64,000 bases of DNA from an uncultured Gemmatimonadales bacterium (GTDB lineage Bacteria; Gemmatimonadota; Gemmatimonadetes; Longimicrobiales; RSA9), in the NCBI GenBank assembly GCA_963798085.1, contig CAWCRS010000003.1, positions 64,001 to 128,000 on the forward strand, in the 5' to 3' direction. Every line of letters starts with the position of its first letter. Position 1 is the first letter of the stretch. Below are positions 18,806 to 27,351 of the stretch, one piece after another. The notes beneath the pieces were generated by a model, which did not search any database, was not told where the DNA came from, and saw only the letters and a list, made by a program, of their open reading frames with translations. Made by a program: the position numbers and the translations under genes.

Positions 18806-20603
18806 ATGCGACCGACCGACGTCAACAATCCCGCATACTACCATCGCGTTGTGGACTGCCAGTGGGGCTGCCCGGCGCACACCAATGTGCCCGAGTACAT
18901 CCGCATGATCGCGCAGGGCCGCTACAGCGACGCCTACATGCTGAACCGGGAGTCGAATGTCGTTCCCGGGCATCCTCGGCCGCACGTGCGACCGGCCGTG
19001 CGAGCCGGCCTGCCGCCGCAGGCGCGTGGACGGCAAGCCGGTCGCCATCTGCCGCCTGAAACGCGTGGCCGCCGATCTGCGCGACGACATCACCGAACGC
19101 CTGCCGAAGGCGGCGGCACTGAGGAACGGCAAACGCATCGCGTGCGTCGGCGCCGGTCCGGCATCGCTCACGGTGGCGAACGACCTCATGCCGCTGGGCT
19201 ACGAGGTCACGATATTCGAAAAGCTGGCGAAGCCGGGCGGTCTGATGCGCATCAACATCCCGGCCTTCCGCCTGCCCGCCAGCGTGCTCGACGAAGAGAT
19301 CGACTACATCGTACGACATGGGCGTCGACGTACGCTACAACTCGCCCGTCAACGAGCATGCGTGATCTCCTGACACAGGGTTACGACGCGGTGTTCGTCG
19401 GCAGCGGCGCGCCCAAAGGCAAGGAACTGGAATCTGCCGGGCCGTCACGACACGGACCGCATTCCCATCGGCATCGAGTGGCTCGAGTCCGTGCACTTCG
19501 GGCACATCGACAGGATCGGCGAGCGCGTGCTGATCATCGGCGTGGGCAACACCGCGATGGATTGCTGCCGCACGTCCAAGCGTCTGGGCGGCAGGGACGT
19601 GAAGGTCATGGCGCGGCGGCGCACGCAGGCATTTCAAGGCGTCGCCGTGGGAGCTGGAGGATGCGGAGGAGGAGGGCGTCGAGATTGTCGAGAACCACGC
19701 GCCCACGCCGGTTCGTGATCGAGAGCGGCAAGCTGATCGGCATGGAGTTCGACCGCGTCGAGTGGTACGAAGAGAACGGCAAGCAGAGAGTCGCACGTCT
19801 CGAAACACTGCTGTTCCCCTGCGATGACGTGATCCTGGCGATCGGCCAGGAGAACGCGTTCCCGTGGATCGAGCGCGACATCGGCATCGAGTTCGACGAG
19901 TGGGACATGCCGCGTGGTCGACAAGAACACGTTCAAGTGCACAGTGCCGGGCGTGTTCTTCGGCGGCGATGCGGCGTGGGGACCGGAGAACATCATCTGG
20001 GCCGTGGAGCACGGGCACCAGGCGGCGATCTCCATCCACAATCACTGCCAGGGCATTCGCCGGTCACCGAGCGGCCCGCCGGGGCATGAACCTGCGTCTG
20101 CGACCAAGATGGGCATGCACGCAGTGGAGCTACAGCAACAACTACGACCACTCGCAGCGCGCCAGAAGATGACGCACGTCGACCTGACGGAGCGCATGCG
20201 CGCGCTGAACATCGGAAGTCGAGCTGGGCTTCACCGCGGAGCAGACCGCGCACGAAGTCAGCGCTGCCTGAACTGCGACGTGCAGACGCACTTCACCACC
20301 GAGCTGTGCATTGAATGCGACGCGTGCATCGATGTCTGTCCGGTGGATTGCCTGACCATCACGGGCAATGCGGAGGAGCCGAGCCCTGCGCCACCATCTG
20401 ACGGCGCCGACGAAGCATCCCGGATCAGCTGCTGTACGTGTCGTCGGACGCTGCCGCAGACGGCGCGCGTGATGGTGAAGGACGAGGATCTCTGCCTGCA
20501 CTGCGGCCTGTGCGCGGAGCGCTGCCCGACCGCTGCGTGGGACATGCGGAAATTCGAGCTGCTGATTCCGTATGCGGGGGCGGGGGCGGGAGTGGCGGTT
20601 TAG
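18806..20603 (+). CDS. FAD-dependent oxidoreductase (GltD-like) with C-terminal 2x[4Fe-4S]; broken by many frameshifts
   Basis: Consecutive pieces in shifting frames: VDCQWGCPAH, ILGRTCDRPCEPAC, GAGPAS, IIGVGNTAMD, FFGGDAA, CIECDACIDVCP, CLHCGLCAERCP. Confidence 0.88.
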
Positions 20604-20606
20604 GCT

Positions 20607-20867
20607 CGGACCGTCTTGGCGTTCTTGGGTTTGCCTCCGAACACCATGGGGCAGCGGCAAGAGCGTCCCGGAAGGCCATGCCTGCTCCCCGGGCCACCAT
20701 GGATGCCGGGCTGGAGCCGGCCACACTATGAGTGAGGCGGTGTCGGTGGGGTGGGCCGGCACCCGCCAGGCCGGCGAATCCCCGCCCAATGTCCGATCGT
20801 CACATGAATGAAGCGAGTTTCTTCGATTTCTGGATGGCGCACAAGGAAAGAACGCCAAGACGGTCCG
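20607..20867. mobile_element. MITE/REPIN-like element copy 1 (family A)
   Basis: Perfect 20-bp terminal inverted repeat CGGACCGTCTTGGCGTTCTT ... AAGAACGCCAAGACGGTCCG filling the gap between convergent genes. Confidence 0.7.
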
Positions 20868-20877
20868 GAACGAAAGC

Positions 20878-21765
20878 CTACTTCACCCGCTCCGCCCGCG
20901 CGTACACGTCGCCATTGAAGCGCATCTCGAAGCCCGTCACTTTGTCCCTGTCCAGCTGAAACACGACCAGCGTCTCCTCGTCGACCTCGTAGACCTTGCC
21001 GTCCTTGTAGTACCTCGCTGTAAACGTCTGTTTGTCGGTCTGGCTGGGAAACATGTCGAAATCGGCGTCGAAGTCGGGCGGCGATTGTGACCAGCGCCCA
21101 TGCAGCAGGCCATACTGCACGCTCAGTTCCATGCCGATGGCGACCGGCGGGGAGCCCTCGCCCTCGAAGCGCACGCGGTACTCGCCCGCGTAGGGCGCCA
21201 GGTCCACACCCGGCGCCACGGCGGGCGTCCAGGGCGTCACGGCGATCTCAAGCGGGATCACCGTGGTGCCCCACTGCATGGTGAGCGTGGCGCCTTCGCG
21301 CGATACCTGCGGGAACGACCACGTCAACACCTCCGTGGCCGGTCCCTGCTGCGGCATCACCATGAGCGTGAGTTTCGCGGTCTTCGGATCCGGGTGCTGC
21401 GTGTGGAACAGGTGGGCGTTGCCCACCAGCAGCACACTCCACGCCCCGGACTCGCGCGGAATCATCCACACCGAGTACCTGCCACGCTCGACTACCTGGC
21501 CGTTAAGGCGGATGTCGCGATCGGTTTCCAGGGTGGTGGCCCAGTTGGCGCCCGGCGTCCAGACACCGTCCCAGTGCACGACGCCGCCGAACAGCGGGCT
21601 GCGGCCGCGCGCCACGGGACGCGAATAGTCGAGCGAAATTGTGGTACCGTCCACCGTCTGCGAAACGGTGCCGCGCTCACTCGCGCGGACCTGTGCGGCA
21701 GCGACGGCCGGCAATGCCTGTAGCGTCAGCAGGCTGCAGAAAACGCGAAGCGCGCGCGGGCGCAT
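20878..21765 (-). CDS. DUF2911-domain secreted protein
   Basis: Signal peptide; VSQTVDGT.I..DYSRP..RGR..LFG, WTPGANWAT, G.YS.W.IP. Confidence 0.88.
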   Translation of the reverse strand: MRPRALRVFCSLLTLQALPAVAAAQVRASERGTVSQTVDGTTISLDYSRPVARGRSPLFGGVVHWDGVWTPGANWATTLETDRDIRLNGQVVERGRYSVWMIPRESGAWSVLLVGNAHLFHTQHPDPKTAKLTLMVMPQQGPATEVLTWSFPQVSREGATLTMQWGTTVIPLEIAVTPWTPAVAPGVDLAPYAGEYRVRFEGEGSPPVAIGMELSVQYGLLHGRWSQSPPDFDADFDMFPSQTDKQTFTARYYKDGKVYEVDEETLVVFQLDRDKVTGFEMRFNGDVYARAERVK

Positions 21766-21792
21766 GAAGCCTCCGGTCGACGGTTCAGAGAA

Positions 21793-22233
21793 TCAGTGCT
21801 GCGGACCGAACTGGCGATCGATGGCGGCACGGATGTCGTTGAGTGATTTGCCCTGCTTGAACAGCCTCGAGGCGAGTTTCCCTTCGCCCTGGCACGTCTC
21901 GCAGTAACGGGCCATCGGCTCATCGCCCTCATAACACGAAAGCAGGGAGTAGTTGCCCGGAATCTCGGAGCAGCCGCACTGGCAGCGGATGCCATCGACG
22001 ATCTGGGGCATCTCACGCACCATGTCGAACACCGGCGCCGCCTTCGGATAATCGCCGAGCTTGTCGCGTGGAGTGACGTGCAATGCGTCAATGCCGGGCC
22101 GCGGCTCTGGATGTTCGCCCACGGGATGGCCGGCGCCGGCGATCGTGCGGGCCGCTGCGGCCCGACGGGTTACAAGCAACAGCGGCACGCTCGCCAGAAG
22201 GGAAAGGAAGTGCCTGCGAGTCGGGGTTTCCAT
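21793..22233 (-). CDS. PCYCGC-motif-like Cys-rich protein with Tat signal
   Basis: TRRHFL Tat motif; RCQCGC...SLLSCY...CETC, IRAAIDRQFG. Confidence 0.8.
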   Translation of the reverse strand: METPTRRHFLSLLASVPLLLVTRRAAAARTIAGAGHPVGEHPEPRPGIDALHVTPRDKLGDYPKAAPVFDMVREMPQIVDGIRCQCGCSEIPGNYSLLSCYEGDEPMARYCETCQGEGKLASRLFKQGKSLNDIRAAIDRQFGPQH

Positions 22234-22827
22234 GCAGCGCCTCGGTTCTGGTGCATTCGTGGACGTGGACCGGAAATTATCGCCGGGCCCGCCCGGGTGA
22301 GAAGTCTGCCCTTCCAGCGCCCGTTCCGGCCCGCGATACCCGCCGTCCCTCGCGGTCAGGCGGATTCCTGCCTCGTGGAGCAGGCGACGGCGGCGTGCTG
22401 GTCGTGTCGTGGATGGGATCCTCCGACGACGTGAGCTCATGGCCCACCTTTCCGTGACGCGCGTGGGCGTGACTGTGTGTGCCTCGCCTTCTACTCCTCG
22501 ACCTGTGGGCACGGCCGGTTCGCCACGAACCACTTCACAAAGTCTTGCCGGTCCTGTCGCTCAGTGAATAGACCACGACGCCCTTCAAGCCAGTCTGAGC
22601 GGCGCCCCGTGCCGCGGGCAGCAGGAGCGCCAGGCACGCCATCAGCCTGCACGGCCTGAACCCCGAGGCGTGGAAGCGTTACGACGGTGGTGGACACATT
22701 GTAGTCGCGACTTGACCGGCGATCGCGTGGTGTGGCATGACGGGCTCGGAAGGGTGAAGGCCCAGGTCTCGAGGCTCACGCGAGCGATCCGAATCACCCT
22801 TACGGGCAGGTCACGAGGTGCGAGCTT

Positions 22828-23170
22828 CGGACCGTCTTGGCATTCTTTCATTTCGGCCGGAACTGTCATTACGGTGGCTCGGATCAACGTGAAAACGGGC
22901 CACATCTATGTGCCTGGGCCGCCGCCATTGGCCGGCGGGCCAGAACCCAGGAATGCCAAGACGGTCCGTCGCCAAACCCAGGAATGCCAAGACGGTCCGT
23001 CCGTCGCCAAACCCAGGAATGCCAAGACGGTCCGTCGCCAAACCCAGGAATGCCAAGACGGTCCGTCGCCAAACCCAGGAATGCCCGGGCGGTCCAATGC
23101 CAGGCAGGAATCCAGGAATGCCAGGACGGTCCGATGCCAGACGGAACGCAGGAATGTCAGGACGGTCCGG
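22828..23170. mobile_element. Family A element copy 2 (inverted) with tandem-amplified end
   Basis: CGGACCGTCTTGGCATTCTTTC at 22828, then seven copies of AACCCAGGAATGCCAAGACGGTCC(GTCGCCA) from 22944. Confidence 0.7.
22944..23170. repeat. 31-bp tandem array, 7 units, degenerating rightwards
   Basis: Units start at 22944, 22975, 23010, 23041, 23072, 23109, 23145. Confidence 0.95.
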
Positions 23171-23566
23171 TGCCGGGCCGCCTGATGATCTCGACCCGGT
23201 TGGTCACTGGGTCCCAAGGCCACGGCGATAGCGCCAGGATGATCGCGCTCCGATTCAGCCGAGATGAGACCGTGCGGCTTTGAGTCTTCGGCCGAGACGC
23301 GCGCAGCTGCAGGGCAAACCATGCGCTGGTCGGTTGGCACGCGGGCCGGAACGTGCGCGGCAATGCCAATCGAGCTGCGGAAATGCGATTCGGTGTGCGG
23401 CCGTCTGGCAGTTTGACGAGAATTTTCGGGGATCGCCTCCTGTACAGGCCGGGCCGGCCCCGATATCGTTCGCTGCGTGAGGGTTGGAGGCCGACGCGCC
23501 GGCGGTACAGCAAGCGGCGTCGCGGGCTCCGATTTCCAGCACCGCAACCGCAATTTCGCCTGACGC

Positions 23567-25426
23567 ATGTCGGATAGAATCAACGACTTCGCATTCAAGA
23601 TCGCGACCGTGAACGGGACCGGATCGGCGAGCGCCAACGGCCTCCTGATGCAGGCGATCTTCCGCATGGGTGTTCCGGTTTCGGGAAAGAACGTGTTCCC
23701 CTCGAACATCCAGGGTCTGCCCACCTGGTACGAGATCCGGGTCAACCGGGACGGCTACACCGCTCGCACGCCGGAATTCGACCTGATCGTGGCCATGAAC
23801 GCCGCCACGTACGAGCGCGATGTGAACGATCTGCAGCCCGGCGGCTGGCTGCTCTACGATTCGACGTGGCCGCTGCCGTCGTCGCTGAACCGCCCGGACA
23901 TCACCCGCCTCGGAGTGCCGCTCGCGCGATTGTGCAATACGTCGTTCGAAGGCAGTCGTGAGCGCATTCTCATGAAGAACATCGCCTATGTGGGCGCGCT
24001 CGCCGGGCTCATCGAGATGGACCTTCCCATTATCGAGGAGCTGCTTCAGGAGCAGTTCGGTGTGAAGAAGCGCGCCCTCATGGAGTCGAACTACCGCGCG
24101 GTGCGGCTCGGTTACGACTGGGCGCGCGAGCACTTCGATTGTCCGTTGCCGATTCGGCTGGAGAAGATGGCGCCGCCGGACGACCTGATCCTGATCGATG
24201 GCAACACGGCGGCGGCGCTTGGCTGCGTGTACGCTGGCGCGACGGTGGGCGCGTGGTACCCGATCACGCCGGCGACATCGATGATGGACGCGTTCCGCGG
24301 GTTCTGTCAGCGTTTCCGGAAGGACAGCGAGTCGGGGAAGAACAAGTACATCGTCGTGCAGGCGGAGGACGAGCTGGCGGCGGCCGGTGTGATCATCGGC
24401 GCGGGCTGGGCGGGTGCGCGCTCGTTCACGCCCACGAGCGGGCCGGGCATCTCGCTGATGAGCGAGTTCATCGGTCTGGCGTACTACGCGGAGATCCCGG
24501 CGGTCTTCTTCGACATCCAGCGCACGGGCCCGTCGACGGGGATGCCCACGCGCACGCAGCAGGGCGATCTCATGCTGTGCGCGTACGCGTCGCATGGCGA
24601 TACCAAACACCTTCTGCTCTTCCCATCCGATCCGCACGAAGCGTTCGAGCTTGCGGTGCAGGCGTTCGATGTCGCGGAGCGGTTCCAGACGCCGGTGTTC
24701 GTGATCAGCGATCTCGACATCGGCATGAACGACTGGATGGTGCCTCGCCTGCGCTGGGATGACAGCTACCGTCCCGACCGCGGCAAGGTGCTGACGGAGG
24801 AACAGCTCGAGCGCATGAAGACGTTCTATCGCTATCTGGACGTGGATGGCGATGGCATCGCGGCGCGCACGCTGCCGGGTGTGCATCCGAGGGGCGCGTA
24901 TTTCGCGCGCGGCTCGGGGCACAACCGTTTCGGCGGCTACACCGAGGATGCGGACGAGTATGTCGACGTCGTGGACCGCATCGCGCGCAAGATCGCAAAC
25001 GCGCCACCGTCGCTGCCGCTGCCCGTGATCCGGCGTCAGGCGGGCGCGCGGATCGGCATCATCTCGCTGGGCGGATGCAACGGCGCGGTCATCGAGGCGG
25101 TGGACTGGCTGGCGGCGCACGGCATCAGTGCCGATTATCTGCGTGTCCGCGCCTTCCCTTTCCACGAGTCGGTGCCGGCGTTCATCGAAGAGCACGAGAC
25201 GATTTTCGTGGTCGAGCAGAATCGTGACGCGCAGCTGCGCTCGCTGCTCTCGCTGGAGACCGGCATTGCGCGGGATCGCATGCGCTCGGTGCGTCGCTAC
25301 GGCGGTCTGCCCATGAGCCGGAAATTCGTGGTGGATGGAATCCTGGAGCAGCTGGAAGGGCACGCCGTCGCGGCCGCGCTGCTGGCGCAGCAGAGCAATG
25401 GCGCGCGTGTGGAGATTCCCGCATGA
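23567..25426 (+). CDS. korA: 2-oxoacid:acceptor oxidoreductase alpha subunit
   Basis: NGTGSAS, FPSNIQG, WYPITPATS, QAEDELAA, TSGPG.SLM, QRTGPSTGMPT. Confidence 0.95.
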   Translation: MSDRINDFAFKIATVNGTGSASANGLLMQAIFRMGVPVSGKNVFPSNIQGLPTWYEIRVNRDGYTARTPEFDLIVAMNAATYERDVNDLQPGGWLLYDSTWPLPSSLNRPDITRLGVPLARLCNTSFEGSRERILMKNIAYVGALAGLIEMDLPIIEELLQEQFGVKKRALMESNYRAVRLGYDWAREHFDCPLPIRLEKMAPPDDLILIDGNTAAALGCVYAGATVGAWYPITPATSMMDAFRGFCQRFRKDSESGKNKYIVVQAEDELAAAGVIIGAGWAGARSFTPTSGPGISLMSEFIGLAYYAEIPAVFFDIQRTGPSTGMPTRTQQGDLMLCAYASHGDTKHLLLFPSDPHEAFELAVQAFDVAERFQTPVFVISDLDIGMNDWMVPRLRWDDSYRPDRGKVLTEEQLERMKTFYRYLDVDGDGIAARTLPGVHPRGAYFARGSGHNRFGGYTEDADEYVDVVDRIARKIANAPPSLPLPVIRRQAGARIGIISLGGCNGAVIEAVDWLAAHGISADYLRVRAFPFHESVPAFIEEHETIFVVEQNRDAQLRSLLSLETGIARDRMRSVRRYGGLPMSRKFVVDGILEQLEGHAVAAALLAQQSNGARVEIPA

Positions 25427-26481
25427 CGACATCGATTGCCAAGCCGCGGGTTCATCACCCGGACCTGCCGCTGAACGCCATTGGCCTGACGCGCCGCGAT
25501 TACGAAGGCTCCATGTCCACGCTGTGTGCGGGTTGCGGACACGACTCGATCACGGCCGCGATCGTACGCGCGTTCTGGGAGCTGGACATTCCGCCGTACA
25601 AGGTGGCCAAGCTGAGCGGCATCGGCTGCTCATCGAAGACACCCACGTATTTCCTGCGCGAGTCGCACGGCTTCAATGCGGTGCACGGGCGCATGCCGTC
25701 GATCGCGACCGGCGCGAATGGCGCGCGCCGCGACCTGATCTACATCGGCGTGTCCGGTGATGGCGACTCGCTCTCCATCGGTCTCGGCCAGTTCTGTCAC
25801 GCCATTCGCCGCAACGTGCGCGTGCTCTACATCCTCGAGAACAATGGCGTGTACGGTCTGACGAAAGGCCAGTTCTCCGCGTCCGCGGACATCGGCTCGC
25901 GCCCGAAGCGTGGCGAGCCCAACCGGCAGTCGCCCATCGATCCCGTGCTGCTGGCGCTCAACCTGGGCGCGACGTTCGTGGCGCGCAGTTTCTCGGGTGA
26001 CAAGGAGCAGCTGGTTCCGATCCTGAAAGCGGGCCTGCGCCACAACGGTTTCGCCTTCGTCGATGTCATCTCGCCTTGCGTGACGTTCAACGATCATGAA
26101 GGTTCGACGAAAAGCTACGCCTACACACGGGAGCACATGCGCGAGGTGGTGCAGGCCGATCTCGTGCCCGAGCGTACCGAGATCAGCGTGTCGTACGACG
26201 CCGGCTCGACCGTGGAAGTGCCCATGCACGACGGCACTCGCGTTCGCCTGCACAAGGTGGACGAGAGCTACGACCCGACCGATCGCGACGCGGTCTACGC
26301 CTTCATTCGCGAGCGCCAGCTGGCCGGCGTCGTCGCCACGGGACTGCTGTACCTGGGCGAAGGTGCGCCCGAAATGCACGACAACGAGAATACCGTGGAC
26401 ACGCCGCTCGCCAACATCGCGTTCGAGCAGCTGTGCCCCGGCTCGGCGCAGCTGGACAAGCTCATGGAGACGTTCCGGTAG
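25423..26481 (+). CDS. korB: 2-oxoacid:ferredoxin oxidoreductase beta subunit
   Basis: LCAGCGH, SGIGCSSK, HGR, TPP motif GDGD...NN, SPCVTFN; ATGA overlap with alpha. Confidence 0.95.
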   Translation: MTTSIAKPRVHHPDLPLNAIGLTRRDYEGSMSTLCAGCGHDSITAAIVRAFWELDIPPYKVAKLSGIGCSSKTPTYFLRESHGFNAVHGRMPSIATGANGARRDLIYIGVSGDGDSLSIGLGQFCHAIRRNVRVLYILENNGVYGLTKGQFSASADIGSRPKRGEPNRQSPIDPVLLALNLGATFVARSFSGDKEQLVPILKAGLRHNGFAFVDVISPCVTFNDHEGSTKSYAYTREHMREVVQADLVPERTEISVSYDAGSTVEVPMHDGTRVRLHKVDESYDPTDRDAVYAFIRERQLAGVVATGLLYLGEGAPEMHDNENTVDTPLANIAFEQLCPGSAQLDKLMETFR

Positions 26482-26776
26482 GCGGCTACGTGGATCTACA
26501 GGCCCGACACCCGGAGGTGGCGGGCCCTTCACAGGCGAGGACGCCGCGGCCACGTGGATCTGCAGGCCCGACACCCGGAGGTGGCGGGCCCTTCACAGGC
26601 GAGGACGCCGCGGCCACGTGGATCTACAGGCCCGACACCCGGAGGTGGCGGGCCCTTCACAGGCGAGGACGCCGCGGCCACGTGGACTAACACGCCCGAC
26701 ACCCGGAGGTGGCGGGCCCTTCACAGGCGAGGACGCCGCGGCCACGTGGACTAACACGCCCGACACCCGGAAGTGG
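26482..26776. repeat. 64-bp tandem array (~4.5 units) of hairpin-forming units
   Basis: ACGTGG recurs at 26488, 26552, 26616, 26680, 26744; unit ACGTGGATCTACAGGCCCGACACCCGGAGGTGGCGGGCCCTTCACAGGCGAGGACGCCGCGGCC. Confidence 0.97.
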
Positions 26777-26892
26777 GGAACTCCACGGAGAACTGCAGCA
26801 GTCTTCCGGACGTTGGAATGCGGCGCGCAATGTGGCGGGCAGTTCATGCAGCGCAGGACGTTGCGAGGGTTTCTCAGGTCAAAGAGACGGTA

Positions 26893-27351
26893 ATGCAAGA
26901 TCCTTTCGAATCGTTCTTCCGGTCGCGTATGGTGCCGGTCCCCAATGGAGAGGACCGGAAGACAGCGGCGATTCGCGTGGCGGCGTGTGCGCTGCTGCTG
27001 GAGCTGGCCCACGCGGATGCGGAGTTCAGCAGTGTCGAGCGTTCGCACATCGAAGCGGTGATGCGCCGTCATTTCGCGCTGGGTGAGCAGGATGCGCAGA
27101 CCATCATCGAGATGGCGGAAGAGGCGAGAGAGCGCGAGGGCGACCTGCACCGCTTCGCGGCGCTGATCCGCGACAACTATGACCTCGGCCAGAAGCTGCT
27201 GCTGGCGGAGATCATGTGGGGCGTGGTGCTCGCCGATGGCGTGATCGCGCGGCGCGAGGCCTACCTGCTGCGTCGCATTGGCAGTCTGCTGAACCTCGAG
27301 GCCGGCTACCTGGCGCAGGCGCGCAACGTGGCCGCGGGGAAAGTGCACTGA
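26893..27351 (+). CDS. TerB-family protein
   Basis: AACALLLELAHADAEFS..ER, MW.VV.ADG....E..LLRRIG.LL. Confidence 0.88.
   Translation: MQDPFESFFRSRMVPVPNGEDRKTAAIRVAACALLLELAHADAEFSSVERSHIEAVMRRHFALGEQDAQTIIEMAEEAREREGDLHRFAALIRDNYDLGQKLLLAEIMWGVVLADGVIARREAYLLRRIGSLLNLEAGYLAQARNVAAGKVH

Noticed and set aside
18806..20603. Programmed ribosomal frameshifting or recoding
   Set aside because: Too many shifts in both directions and no slippery motifs; sequencing error is more parsimonious.
22944..23170. CRISPR array
   Set aside because: Linkers are only about 7-13 bp and mostly identical; there are no unique spacers and no cas genes in the window.
26482..26776. CRISPR array or type III toxin-antitoxin RNA array
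   Set aside because: Units are head-to-tail with no spacers. The downstream gene is TerB-like rather than ToxN/CptN/TenpN, and no intervening terminator is evident.
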